In this document: positions 27,617 to 37,440 of the stretch, in pieces | How positions within the stretch are numbered: the first letter of the stretch is position 1 | Layout of the letters: every line of letters begins with the position of its first letter | Virus record (IMG/VR): IMGVR_UViG_3300017728_002360 | Reading direction: 5' to 3' (one strand) | DNA: 64,000 bases | DNA from: a virus | Program-made: the position numbers and the translations under genes | The notes under the pieces: generated by a model | The model's database searches: none | What the model was told of the DNA's origin: nothing | Seen by the model: the letters and a program-made list of their open reading frames with translations, nothing else

Positions 27617-28666
27617 ACCTTCTCTAGCAACATCAAGTGTTAGACAATGTATGCCACCTTCAAAAAATGTGCCGTGTCTTAAAGGAACATAATCACAATC
27701 TATCTTATATTTTTTTAGATACGCAAACAGCTCAGGAATCTCTCTGCTAAACAAAACACAGTTATGGTCTAGAACTAAGACATTAGTGTCAAAGGATATT
27801 TCTTGATCGTAGCCTCTCCACTTATCTAAATAAGTGTCTAACCATTGTTCGCTGTACATACCCTCTGTCTTGTTAAAATCTTCTTTGTGTTCAGCAAGTG
27901 GACCCATATGATCTTTTGTTAAATGTCCTATCTCAATAATCTGTTTGTCACGCAAGTAACTTGGTACCCACTCAATGTTATCACAAACAATAGTTTCATC
28001 ATTTACGAAAAAGAATCCATGATCAATATGTCCCCAACCGTTCATTACAGGACTGTCATTAGCAACTATCTCTACTTCGGTAATATTTTTCTTACACCAC
28101 TCTAGTCCTTTTTGTGTGCCTGGACCTTGTGTGTTTGTTATAAGTTTGTCACCTGCTTTGTACATTGTAGCAGTATGCCATAACACCTTGTCTTTTAATA
28201 GGTTATGATAAATTTCCTTACCACCATTCCACCATCTAGTTGCTGGATCTAAATCAGTAAGTTGCGGACTAGGCTGTGATATCCAGTTATAGCCAGTATC
28301 GTTAAAACAATTATAAAAGCTGTGCCCGTCAAAGTATCTATCAGTTAAACTAGTGTATGTTTGATATATTGTTTCGTTGATTACAATGTATTGATCTCTT
28401 GGTACTATAGGACTGTTAGGAAACTTAATATCAAACGTAGGTAATGTAATACGTTGTGGTTTGATTGTTTCAGGACGTCTTACATTACACCCATAACTTT
28501 TTAGCTTGTTAGTTAATGCAAGTAAATCTTCTTTTGTTTCTTCAAGTATTAGATTGAATTGTTTCCTAGGTCTCTTACTATGCAATAACTGATCAAAACT
28601 TCCAGGGCTGTGGCAGTCACCAACAATAACATCTGTAAGTTTATCCCACTCTGTCCATATCGCCAT
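27596..28666 (-). CDS. Amidinotransferase-family (pentein) protein
   Basis: WTEWDKLTDVIVG, PRDQ, GHIDH, NVLVLD and GGIHCLTLD with the catalytic Cys, as in glycine and inosamine-phosphate amidinotransferases. Confidence 0.85.
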   Translation of the reverse strand: MAIWTEWDKLTDVIVGDCHSPGSFDQLLHSKRPRKQFNLILEETKEDLLALTNKLKSYGCNVRRPETIKPQRITLPTFDIKFPNSPIVPRDQYIVINETIYQTYTSLTDRYFDGHSFYNCFNDTGYNWISQPSPQLTDLDPATRWWNGGKEIYHNLLKDKVLWHTATMYKAGDKLITNTQGPGTQKGLEWCKKNITEVEIVANDSPVMNGWGHIDHGFFFVNDETIVCDNIEWVPSYLRDKQIIEIGHLTKDHMGPLAEHKEDFNKTEGMYSEQWLDTYLDKWRGYDQEISFDTNVLVLDHNCVLFSREIPELFAYLKKYKIDCDYVPLRHGTFFEGGIHCLTLDVAREGLRREIF

Positions 28667-29102
28667 AATTAAATATCTCTTCTAGGTATTCTTTGTCCCA
28701 ATAAGAATAGTAGTCAGTCTTACTTAATCGTTCTCTAGCTGACAAAAGTTCTTTTTTGGTTTGTGCTATTATCAAAGGTACATACCCGTTTCCTGTTTTT
28801 ACTCCTTTGATAAATGTTTCCCTGTGTGGATGATCAGGTAAAAATATGTGAGTTGCATACTTGTTATTAAGAGCCTTGCATAGTTCGTCTATTTCAGTAA
28901 ATGTTGAATTTACTTCTGTTTCACAGTAGATCGTAACTTCTTCTGATAAGTTTTCAAACTGTTCCATATCTAGCTTATCAGCAGTGATTACAGGTGGCAT
29001 TTTCTTTACAAAAGGACAAATGCTGTAATTTCCTATTTCAGACTGAGGTTTTGTGATATGTTCCAGCCAGATTCCTAGTTTGCGTTCAATATTTTCTGGC
29101 AT
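28641..29102 (-). CDS. Hypothetical protein (CPF motif, DUF1415-like)
   Basis: ICPFVK, LPDHP and LSARERL..TDYYSYW. Overlaps the amidinotransferase start. Confidence 0.55.
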   Translation of the reverse strand: MPENIERKLGIWLEHITKPQSEIGNYSICPFVKKMPPVITADKLDMEQFENLSEEVTIYCETEVNSTFTEIDELCKALNNKYATHIFLPDHPHRETFIKGVKTGNGYVPLIIAQTKKELLSARERLSKTDYYSYWDKEYLEEIFNYGDMDRVG

Positions 29103-29174
29103 CTTTTTCCTGGCATAAATAATAAAGTATTCACATATAATATTTATGGGTGTGTTTTACAAGGTATATAACAT

Positions 29175-31835
29175 ATGGTTCAAGTCACATATCAAGGCGG
29201 GGGAATGGATGGCGTTACATCGAACGCCGCATCGGAAGCCACATTACAGCTACTCTTAAAGGCCTTAGGGTCTGGAGGCGGTGGTGGCGGAGGCGGAGCT
29301 CAGGATGCCTACAACAAAGCCCAAAAGGCTGGTGTACTAAACCAGAAACAAAATAACAAGGCCACAACGGCTGGTACTGCCGCAACACAGGACGGCACAA
29401 AAGCAACTAAAGCCGGTACTAAAGCATTAAAGACATTTGGTAGAGGACTAAAATCAATCGGCGGCAGTTTAGTAGCCGGACTTGGTAATATAGCCGGTGC
29501 TACGTCTGGATTAGCTCAAGAATTAGTAACAGGCGGTACAAGACTCAGCGACTTCGGTCAGCACATGACTGGATTGTTAAGTACGATACCTGTAGTTGGA
29601 GGAGCAATAGGTGGTATAGGACAGATGTTCCTAAATGTTATTGACTCACAGATAGATACATTTAGACAGTTATCTAGCACGGGTGTAGACTTTGGTGGTT
29701 CATTGTTTGATGTTCAAGCCAAAGCCGCACAAACAGGATTAAGTTTAGAAATATTTGCAGGAGCGATTGGCGAAGGTAGTGCTAACTTGGCACAGATGTT
29801 TGGTGGTGCAACTCAAGGTGCTAGAATGTTTACTGAACTACAAAGAAATTTAAAAGGCACAGTACCACAACTAATGAAGTTAGGGGTGTCAATGGAAGAG
29901 ATTGGTGAGTTCACTAATGACTATCTAGAGATTCAAAAGATTTCAGGAAGATATCAAGGCATGACTGCTAGACAGTTGGCACAAGGTACAACAGACTATA
30001 TTAAACAACTTGACGGACTTGCTAAAGTTACAGGTATGTCAAGAAAACAAGCCGCAGAGGCTTTAAGAGCTCAAGCTAACGATAAGAGATTACAAGCTCT
30101 ATATTCAAGCATTGATGAAGGAACTAGAAAATCAATTGACGGTGTATTAGCCGCGGTTGGTAATGCAAGTCCAGAACTTAAAGAAGGACTAACAGAATTA
30201 ATTGCAACAGGTGGTGTACCTATTAGTGATTATGCTAAAGGTTTAATGATGCAGATGCCTGAGGTTGCAGAAGCGGCCAAACAACTTAAAGAAGGTTCTA
30301 TATCACAGGACGACTTTATTAAAGTTATGCAAGGTGCTAGTGCCAGAATGCAAAACGAACTGGAAGCACAGGGCGGAAACATAGCTACTTACAAAGCATT
30401 AGGCGTTGGAATATTTGATGCCATGCTTGACGTTGCTAAGATAGGAGAGATTGCTGGTGATTCAAAACAAGCAATGGAAGATCAAAAGAAAGCAATAGAG
30501 TCGGGAGAAAAAGGACTAGCGGCCTTTGAATCAACTATTGTAAACTTAAGAAACTTGATACTTGGTACACTGATTGAAAGTGGTGTGTTTACAGAGATAG
30601 AAAAAGTTATGGCTGACTTCGGTGCTTACTTCTCAGGTAAGGGCGGAGGTGTAAAACAATTACAAGATGGAATTAAATCTCTTGGAGACTTCCTAAAGAG
30701 AATAGTAGACGATATAAAAACATTTGGATTGAAAGAAACTTTCATGAAGTATGTTATAGATCCTCTAAAGAGAATGTTCACAGGCGAAAGTGCTGGCGAC
30801 AAGAAAGAAAGACTTACCAAGGATTACGACAAAAGAATAGCAAGTGTAGATAAAAACTCCAAAGGTGGCGAAGAGAAAATTAAGGCACTAGAAGCTGAAA
30901 AAAATAAAGCATTAGGAGACGCATCTAAAGAAGGTGACAAGGGCGGGTTGTTTGCAAACTTGATGCCTGACATAGGATTTAAAGAATTAGCAATTGGTAT
31001 TGGTGTAGTTACAGCGGCAGTTGCCGCAATAGGTCTTGCAGGTACATTAGCAAGTCCGGGACTATTATTAGTTGCAACTGCGTTTGCAGGAATAGGTGTT
31101 GCAGGATTTGGTATTGCCGCTATGGTTGAAGCAATAGTAGGTGGTGTTGACAAACTTGCTGACGGTGTAAAGAAATTTGAAGAACTAGACTCGACCAAAC
31201 TTACAAATGTTGGTGAAGGATTAAAAGTACTCACAGGACCAATCATGGATCTTGCTAAAGGTGGTATTGTTGCAAACTTTATTGGAACAGGAGCATTTAC
31301 TAATCTAGCAAATGGTATTAAAGAGTTTGAAGGTATTAATCCAGCTAACTTACACGCGGTAGGACCTGCACTAACAAGTTTACACAAAGGTATGAGTGCA
31401 TTTACAGGAGATGGTGTACTTGACAGCATTGGTAAAGCATTAGGAAGTTTATTTGGTGGAAGCTCAGGAAGTATTAGTGATTTAGCAAAAGATGTTAAAG
31501 AATTTGCTGACGTTGATGCCGCAGGATTGAAAAATATTGGAGATGGCTTACAGGGTATTGCTAACTTTATTGAAGCAATGGATGGAGCCAATTTAAAATC
31601 TGTTTCCAAATCACTTTCAGAACTAACAAAACAGCTAATGAAATACCAAGAAGAATACAGTAAAATGGATTCAGAAACCAAAGCAAATCTTGTTAGTAAC
31701 TTTACAAGTTTTGGTGAAGGCCAGAAGGGTGCCGCAGACAAGTTAGATCAGTTAAATAGTAGTGTACAAATGATGCTCGTTGAACTGAGAAAACAAACAA
31801 GAAGCGGTCAAACAGTAGCAGATGCGTCGATATAA
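29175..31835 (+). CDS. Tape-measure-like protein (886 aa)
   Basis: Long Ala/Gly-rich helical protein with LDGLAKVTGMSRKQ, a hydrophobic segment at ~aa 605-655 and periodic F-repeats. Located next to the portal gene. Confidence 0.7.
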   Translation: MVQVTYQGGGMDGVTSNAASEATLQLLLKALGSGGGGGGGGAQDAYNKAQKAGVLNQKQNNKATTAGTAATQDGTKATKAGTKALKTFGRGLKSIGGSLVAGLGNIAGATSGLAQELVTGGTRLSDFGQHMTGLLSTIPVVGGAIGGIGQMFLNVIDSQIDTFRQLSSTGVDFGGSLFDVQAKAAQTGLSLEIFAGAIGEGSANLAQMFGGATQGARMFTELQRNLKGTVPQLMKLGVSMEEIGEFTNDYLEIQKISGRYQGMTARQLAQGTTDYIKQLDGLAKVTGMSRKQAAEALRAQANDKRLQALYSSIDEGTRKSIDGVLAAVGNASPELKEGLTELIATGGVPISDYAKGLMMQMPEVAEAAKQLKEGSISQDDFIKVMQGASARMQNELEAQGGNIATYKALGVGIFDAMLDVAKIGEIAGDSKQAMEDQKKAIESGEKGLAAFESTIVNLRNLILGTLIESGVFTEIEKVMADFGAYFSGKGGGVKQLQDGIKSLGDFLKRIVDDIKTFGLKETFMKYVIDPLKRMFTGESAGDKKERLTKDYDKRIASVDKNSKGGEEKIKALEAEKNKALGDASKEGDKGGLFANLMPDIGFKELAIGIGVVTAAVAAIGLAGTLASPGLLLVATAFAGIGVAGFGIAAMVEAIVGGVDKLADGVKKFEELDSTKLTNVGEGLKVLTGPIMDLAKGGIVANFIGTGAFTNLANGIKEFEGINPANLHAVGPALTSLHKGMSAFTGDGVLDSIGKALGSLFGGSSGSISDLAKDVKEFADVDAAGLKNIGDGLQGIANFIEAMDGANLKSVSKSLSELTKQLMKYQEEYSKMDSETKANLVSNFTSFGEGQKGAADKLDQLNSSVQMMLVELRKQTRSGQTVADASI

Positions 31836-31844
31836 GGATAATTT

Positions 31845-33602
31845 ATGAGTTGGAAAAGATATTTTAATACAGTAGATACCGACCAAGGCGGAACAGGAAA
31901 CTACTCACCGTTGGGCGGAAATGCTAACAGTGGTATGGGTCCGGCTCAAGCTAACTATTCTTCTTATCTACCAGATGTATATGTAGGTAGTCCAAATCGT
32001 GTTGAACGTTATGGACAATATAACACTATGGATTTAGATTCAGAAGTAAACGCCGCACTAGACATCTTAGCAGAATTTACAAGTCAAAAGAATAAATCAA
32101 ATCAATCACCATTTGTAATTGACTATAAACAAGACGCAACAAACTCAGAAGTACAAACACTTAAATTATACCTACAACAATGGTGTAAGATACAAAATTT
32201 TGAAACAAAAATGTTTCGTATACTACGTAACGTTTTTAAATATGGTGATGCTTTTTTCATTAGAGATCCTGAAACTAAACGTTGGTTCCACGTTGATCCA
32301 GCAAACGTTTCACGTATCATTGTAAATGAATCACAAGGTAAAACACCAGAACAATACATTGTTAAAAATGTAAACTTAAACTTCAAAGATGCAGTAGCAA
32401 CTACTCCACATCAAACAAACGGTAACGTTACAGGTGGCGGAGATGGATACTTGACAGGTTCAGTACGTGGACAAGTAGGTGCTCCTAACCAATCAATGAG
32501 TGGCGGACGTTTCCAAAAAGACACAATGGAAATTGCCGTTAGTGCAGAGAACATGGTACATCTAAGTTTAAGTGAAGGACTTGATAATAACTTTCCATTC
32601 GGTAACAGCTTATTAGAAAGTATATTTAAAGTATACAAACAAAAAGAATTACTTGAAGATGCAATTATAATTTATCGTGTACAAAGAGCACCAGAACGTA
32701 GAGTATTTTACGTTGACGTGGGTAATATGCCATCACACTTGGCAATGCAATTTGTAGAACGTGTTAAAACAGACATACACCAAAGACGTATACCTAGTGC
32801 AACAGGTGGAGGACAAAACGTTATTGATAGTGCATACAATCCATTATCTATTAACGAAGACTACTTCTTTCCACAAACAGCAGAAGGTAGAGGATCTAAG
32901 GTTGAAACATTACCAGGCGGAACTAATCTAGGAGAGATTGATGATCTTAAATACTTTACTAATAAGTTGGTACGTGGTTTGCGTATTCCTAGTTCTTATC
33001 TTCCTACAGGGCCTGACGATGGTGCTACTCAATTCCAAGATGGGCGAGTGGGTACTGCGTACATTCAGGAATTAAGATTCAACACATATTGTGAAAGACT
33101 ACAAAATTTAGTAGTAGAACAATTTAGTCAAGAGTTTAAACGTTACTTGTTAGAAAAAGGTATCAACATTGATACTGCTATGTTTGACTTAAGATTCCAA
33201 CCACCACAAAACTTTGCAAGTTACAGACAAAGTGAAATTGATAATGCAAGAGTACCAACGTATACACAAATGAGTGCTATACCTTATATCTCAAACAGAT
33301 TTGCATTGAAACGTTTCTTAGGTATGACGGAAGAAGAAATTGCAGACAACGAACGTATGTGGCGTGAAGAGAATGATGAGAATATTACTCCACCACCAAC
33401 TGATGCCGCAGGCGAATTAAGAGGTGCAGGTATTTCAAGTGCAGGTATGTCAGCAGACTTGGCAGGAGATGGAGCAGGTGAAGACATGGCACCAGCAGGT
33501 GAAGACGCACCAGCACCAGTAGACGGCGGAACAGCACCACCACCAGATACAGCAACAGGCGGAGGGGCACCAGGCGGTACAGGTCAGACGCCTCCAGCAT
33601 AA
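31845..33602 (+). CDS. gp20: Portal protein
   Basis: LLEDAIIIYRVQRAPERRVFYVDVGNMP, EDYFFPQTAEGRGSKVETLPGG and YFTNKLVRGLRIPSS are T4 gp20 hallmarks. Confidence 0.96.
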   Translation: MSWKRYFNTVDTDQGGTGNYSPLGGNANSGMGPAQANYSSYLPDVYVGSPNRVERYGQYNTMDLDSEVNAALDILAEFTSQKNKSNQSPFVIDYKQDATNSEVQTLKLYLQQWCKIQNFETKMFRILRNVFKYGDAFFIRDPETKRWFHVDPANVSRIIVNESQGKTPEQYIVKNVNLNFKDAVATTPHQTNGNVTGGGDGYLTGSVRGQVGAPNQSMSGGRFQKDTMEIAVSAENMVHLSLSEGLDNNFPFGNSLLESIFKVYKQKELLEDAIIIYRVQRAPERRVFYVDVGNMPSHLAMQFVERVKTDIHQRRIPSATGGGQNVIDSAYNPLSINEDYFFPQTAEGRGSKVETLPGGTNLGEIDDLKYFTNKLVRGLRIPSSYLPTGPDDGATQFQDGRVGTAYIQELRFNTYCERLQNLVVEQFSQEFKRYLLEKGINIDTAMFDLRFQPPQNFASYRQSEIDNARVPTYTQMSAIPYISNRFALKRFLGMTEEEIADNERMWREENDENITPPPTDAAGELRGAGISSAGMSADLAGDGAGEDMAPAGEDAPAPVDGGTAPPPDTATGGGAPGGTGQTPPA

Positions 33603-33610
33603 ATACTAAC

Positions 33611-33859
33611 ATGATACTACGTGAACTATTTTATTTTGACAAAGAAACATTGGAGCCTACAGAAGATAAAGGTTACGATCCAAGTTATGATGACTCTATT
33701 GTCACAAAAGACGATACACGTAAGACTAGACTAACACTACGTCAGATTAACAAAATTCGTAAAGCAAGTGAGCTACATAAAGAAGAGCAACAAAAAGAAT
33801 TGCACTTTGTTAGACAAATGTACGGCTTGGCCGCTAACGCAGAAGAAGGCGCAGTTTAA
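33611..33859 (+). CDS. Small head-morphogenesis-region protein (82 aa)
   Basis: MILRELF leader; own TAAATA at 33600-05; follows the portal gene. Confidence 0.7.
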   Translation: MILRELFYFDKETLEPTEDKGYDPSYDDSIVTKDDTRKTRLTLRQINKIRKASELHKEEQQKELHFVRQMYGLAANAEEGAV

Positions 33860-33875
33860 CTTTACGAGGAATTAA

Positions 33876-34514
33876 ATGTCCATAGCCTTTGTAATAGGTA
33901 ACGGAAAATCAAGAACCCCAATACCATTAGAAGCACTTAGACCATACGGCAAGATATATGCCTGTAACGCAGTTTACAGAGACTTCGAGCCCGATTACTT
34001 GGTTGCTGTTGATACTAAGATGGTCAGCGAACTAAACAAATGCAAGTGGCAATTGAACCACGAAGTGTGGACCAACCCTAACAAGATGTACGAAAGCTAC
34101 CATAAATTTAACTATTTTAAGGAGCCTTTAGGTTGGAGCAGTGGACCTACAGCATTGTGGTTAGCAACATATGGCGACGAAAACAATCCTAGATTACACG
34201 ATTATGATACAATATACATCTTAGGCTTTGATTTTCAAGGTACAGATGCACAAGAACACAATGGCGAGGGCGGACTTATTAATAACATATATGCAGATAC
34301 GCAAAATTATAAAAAATCCATAGACCCTGCTACATATCACGGTAACTGGGCCAGACAGACTGGTATAGTTTGTCAGAAAAATCCTCAAAAGAGATATATA
34401 AGAGTAGTACAGAACAAAGAGGATTATTGCCCCGACAACTTAACGCAGTTAACCAACTTTAAACACGTTACAGTGGCAGAATTCATGTATAACTTTAAGA
34501 TTTTACAATCTTAA
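33876..34514 (+). CDS. Hypothetical protein with MAF/DUF115/sialyltransferase-like motifs
   Basis: AFVIGNGKSR, IYACNAVYR..PDYLVAVD, SSGPTAL and IYILGFDF. Confidence 0.55.
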   Translation: MSIAFVIGNGKSRTPIPLEALRPYGKIYACNAVYRDFEPDYLVAVDTKMVSELNKCKWQLNHEVWTNPNKMYESYHKFNYFKEPLGWSSGPTALWLATYGDENNPRLHDYDTIYILGFDFQGTDAQEHNGEGGLINNIYADTQNYKKSIDPATYHGNWARQTGIVCQKNPQKRYIRVVQNKEDYCPDNLTQLTNFKHVTVAEFMYNFKILQS

Positions 34515-34614
34515 TGTAAAACCGGCGTAAAAACGCCTATATCTACGTACTTTTCTTCTAATACCATAAATACAAGTGACAGCCTTACCATATCTAAACA
34601 ATAGGAGAAAAGAA

Positions 34615-35655
34615 ATGGCAAACCAATCTAAATTTGAAGCGATGCTTGAAAAGTTAATCGCTGAAGACAAAGCGGGTGCTGAAGAACTGTTTCACGAAAT
34701 AGTTGTTGAGAAATCACGCGATATATACGAAAATCTATTAGCAGACGACACAGCTGAAGTTGAAGTAGACGAAACAGCTAAAGAAGATGCTAAAGAAGAA
34801 GACAAAGTTGACGAAAAAGCAGACGCTAAAGACGAAGACAAAGTTGAAGAAGCATCAAAAGACGATGCTGATGACAAAGTTGAAGAAAAAGCTGATGCTG
34901 ATAAAGACGAAGACGTTAAAGAAGCTACTGACGAAGACGAAAAAACTGATGAAGCTACTGAAGAAAAAGACGAAAACGTTGAAGAAAACTTTGCAGACCA
35001 AATTACACCAGAAGGTGATGATGACATGGGTGGCGATGCCGCTGATGACATGATTGCTGACATCGAAGACGGTGAAGGTGAAGAAGATAAAGGCGACGAC
35101 GAAGACTTAGAAGACAGAGTTGTTGACCTAGAAGATGCTCTTGATGATCTTAAAGCTGAATTTGACGGCATGATGTCCGACAAAGACGGTGACGAAGACA
35201 AAGGCGAAGATGACATGGAAATGGACATGGACGCTGGCGACGACGAAGGTGACGAAGAGAAGGAAGACGAAGCAGTTGATATGATTGCTCCGGAAGCCGA
35301 CCTTGAGCAACCAGTTGCGTTTGAAAATGCTGATAAACCAGTACAATCAAGCACAGAACTAATGAGAGAATATGTAACTAAAGTATCAGAGCCAAAAGGC
35401 GATTCAGGTACAGACGGAACTAAATCTCCAGTAGCTGGTAAAAACGACATGGGCGGAGACGCTAGTAACTTGGTCAAAGGTGGCGAAGAAACTGGTGGCA
35501 AAGCTGGTGCTCCTAAAGAAGATTCAGCTGGTAACGTAAACGTTCCAGGTGGAAAAGCAAGTAAGAGTATGTCGAAAGACTCAAAAGGCCATGGCGCTGA
35601 GAAAAAAGGCGCAGGCGAAACAGGAACTGATGGTAAATCAATCATTGGTTCTTAA
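34615..35655 (+). CDS. Highly acidic prohead core protein (gp67/68-like); start 34615 preferred
   Basis: AGGAG RBS at 34603-07; extremely Asp/Glu-rich; lies between portal and protease; TAAATA at 34567-72. Confidence 0.7.
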   Translation: MANQSKFEAMLEKLIAEDKAGAEELFHEIVVEKSRDIYENLLADDTAEVEVDETAKEDAKEEDKVDEKADAKDEDKVEEASKDDADDKVEEKADADKDEDVKEATDEDEKTDEATEEKDENVEENFADQITPEGDDDMGGDAADDMIADIEDGEGEEDKGDDEDLEDRVVDLEDALDDLKAEFDGMMSDKDGDEDKGEDDMEMDMDAGDDEGDEEKEDEAVDMIAPEADLEQPVAFENADKPVQSSTELMREYVTKVSEPKGDSGTDGTKSPVAGKNDMGGDASNLVKGGEETGGKAGAPKEDSAGNVNVPGGKASKSMSKDSKGHGAEKKGAGETGTDGKSIIGS

Positions 35656-35679
35656 TAGTTGTTGTTAAGGAGATATTAA

Positions 35680-36312
35680 GTGATAAACTTAAGAGAGAAT
35701 TTGACATTCGACCAAGCTAAATTGGTCCTTGAGACTACTGAAAACGACAAGGGTGGAAAAGACCTTTATATGAAGGGAATTTGTATCCAAGGCGGAGTAA
35801 AAAACGCTAATCAGCGAGTTTACCCTGTTACCGAGATAGGTAGAGCTGTCAACACTCTTAACGATCAAATTACGGGAGGATATTCAGTTCTCGGCGAAGT
35901 TGATCACCCAGAAGGACTTAACATAAACTTAGACCGTGTAAGCCATATGATCACAGAAATGTGGATGGATGGACCAAACGGTTACGGGAAACTTAAAGTA
36001 TTACCTACGCCAATGGGACAGCTAGTTAAAACAATGCTTGAAAGCGGAGTTAAACTAGGTGTTTCATCGCGTGGTAGCGGAAACGTTATGGAAGACGGTT
36101 CCGGACAAGTAAGCGATTATGAGATCATAACAGTCGATGTAGTTGCTCAACCCAGTGCTCCAGGTGCCTACCCGACACCAATATACGAGCATTTATTAAA
36201 TGCCCGTGGGGGGTACAAGGCAATGGAAATAGCACGAGAGTTACAAGGCGACACAAAGGCGCAAAAGTATTTGAAGGAATCTTTAATGAACATCATTAAA
36301 GGCCTCCAGTAA
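35680..36312 (+). CDS. gp21: Prohead protease
   Basis: KNANQRVYP, GEVDHP, LDRVSH, LGVSSRGSG and DVVAQPSAPGA. Confidence 0.95.
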   Translation: MINLRENLTFDQAKLVLETTENDKGGKDLYMKGICIQGGVKNANQRVYPVTEIGRAVNTLNDQITGGYSVLGEVDHPEGLNINLDRVSHMITEMWMDGPNGYGKLKVLPTPMGQLVKTMLESGVKLGVSSRGSGNVMEDGSGQVSDYEIITVDVVAQPSAPGAYPTPIYEHLLNARGGYKAMEIARELQGDTKAQKYLKESLMNIIKGLQ

Positions 36313-36326
36313 TAAGGAGAAATAAT

Positions 36327-37430
36327 ATGTTGGAAGCACTGAAATCACTTTTTGAAAACAACGCAATTTCGGAAGAAATCAGAGCAGACATCCAAGAAGC
36401 ATGGGACAAGCAAGTGAGTGAAAACAAACTTACTGTCACTGCTGAACTTCGTGAAGAGTTCGCATCTAAATACGAACATGATAAAGCTACTATGGTTGAA
36501 GCAATTGATACTATGGTTTCTGAAAAACTTAACGAAGAAATTTCCGAGTTCGCTGAAGATAGAAAACAATTAGCAGAAGCTAGAGCCAAATATGCTGTAG
36601 CGATGCGTGAAAACGCAGGACTGTTAAAAGGTTTTGTATTCGAACAGTTGAAGAAGGAAGTGGGTGAACTACATGAAGACCAAAAAGTTATGTCTGATAA
36701 ATTTGGAAAACTTGAGGAATTTGTTGTAGAAGCTCTAGCTAAAGAAATCGCAGAGTTCCACGAAGATAAAAAAGACTTGGCTGAAACTAAAGTAAGATTA
36801 GTACGTGAAGCCAAAGAACATTTAACAAAAGTACGTAAGTCTTTTGTTGAGAAAAGTGCGAAGATCGTATCCGAAGGAGTATCCAAGAAACTTAATAAAG
36901 AGATTGGACAACTTAAAGAAGATATTGATTCAGCACGTAAAAACGATTTTGGTCGCAAAATTTTCGAAACGTTCGCAGGCGAGTATGCTAACAGCTACTT
37001 GAATGAGAAGTCAGAAACAGCAAAACTTTTAAAAGTTGTGGAGTTGAAAGACAAAGCAGTTGCAGAAGCTAAAGCTGAAGCTGAAGAAGTTAAGAAAATT
37101 GTTGAGAGTAAAGACGCAGAAATTGTAAAAGTTTCTGATGCGGCTAAACGCAAAGAAGTAATGCACGAATTGACTGGACCTTTGAGCAAGGACCAGCGTG
37201 AGATTATGGTAGACTTACTGGAAAATATACAAACAAGCAAACTGCAAAGTGCGTTTGATAAGTATATTCCGGCGGTAATAGACGGTAAAACTCCAGCGAA
37301 GAAGAAGGCTACTCTTACAGAGTCCGAGGCAAAAGAAATCACAGGCAATAAAGAATCTAACGTTAGTAGAGTAAGTCAAGAAGAGAATAATAATATTATT
37401 CATATTCAAAAACTTGCTGGATTGAAATAA
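36327..37430 (+). CDS. gp22: Prohead scaffold protein
   Basis: Charged coiled-coil protein between protease and MCP, containing GRKIFETFAGEY. Confidence 0.85.
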   Translation: MLEALKSLFENNAISEEIRADIQEAWDKQVSENKLTVTAELREEFASKYEHDKATMVEAIDTMVSEKLNEEISEFAEDRKQLAEARAKYAVAMRENAGLLKGFVFEQLKKEVGELHEDQKVMSDKFGKLEEFVVEALAKEIAEFHEDKKDLAETKVRLVREAKEHLTKVRKSFVEKSAKIVSEGVSKKLNKEIGQLKEDIDSARKNDFGRKIFETFAGEYANSYLNEKSETAKLLKVVELKDKAVAEAKAEAEEVKKIVESKDAEIVKVSDAAKRKEVMHELTGPLSKDQREIMVDLLENIQTSKLQSAFDKYIPAVIDGKTPAKKKATLTESEAKEITGNKESNVSRVSQEENNNIIHIQKLAGLK

Positions 37431-37440
37431 GGAGAAAACA

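Noticed and set aside
34692-35645. 317-aa antisense ORF, and similar ones at 30824-31741, 23959-24666 and 36296-36958
   Set aside because: Ser/Leu/Phe-rich shadows of strongly biased sense genes, with no RBS or promoter.
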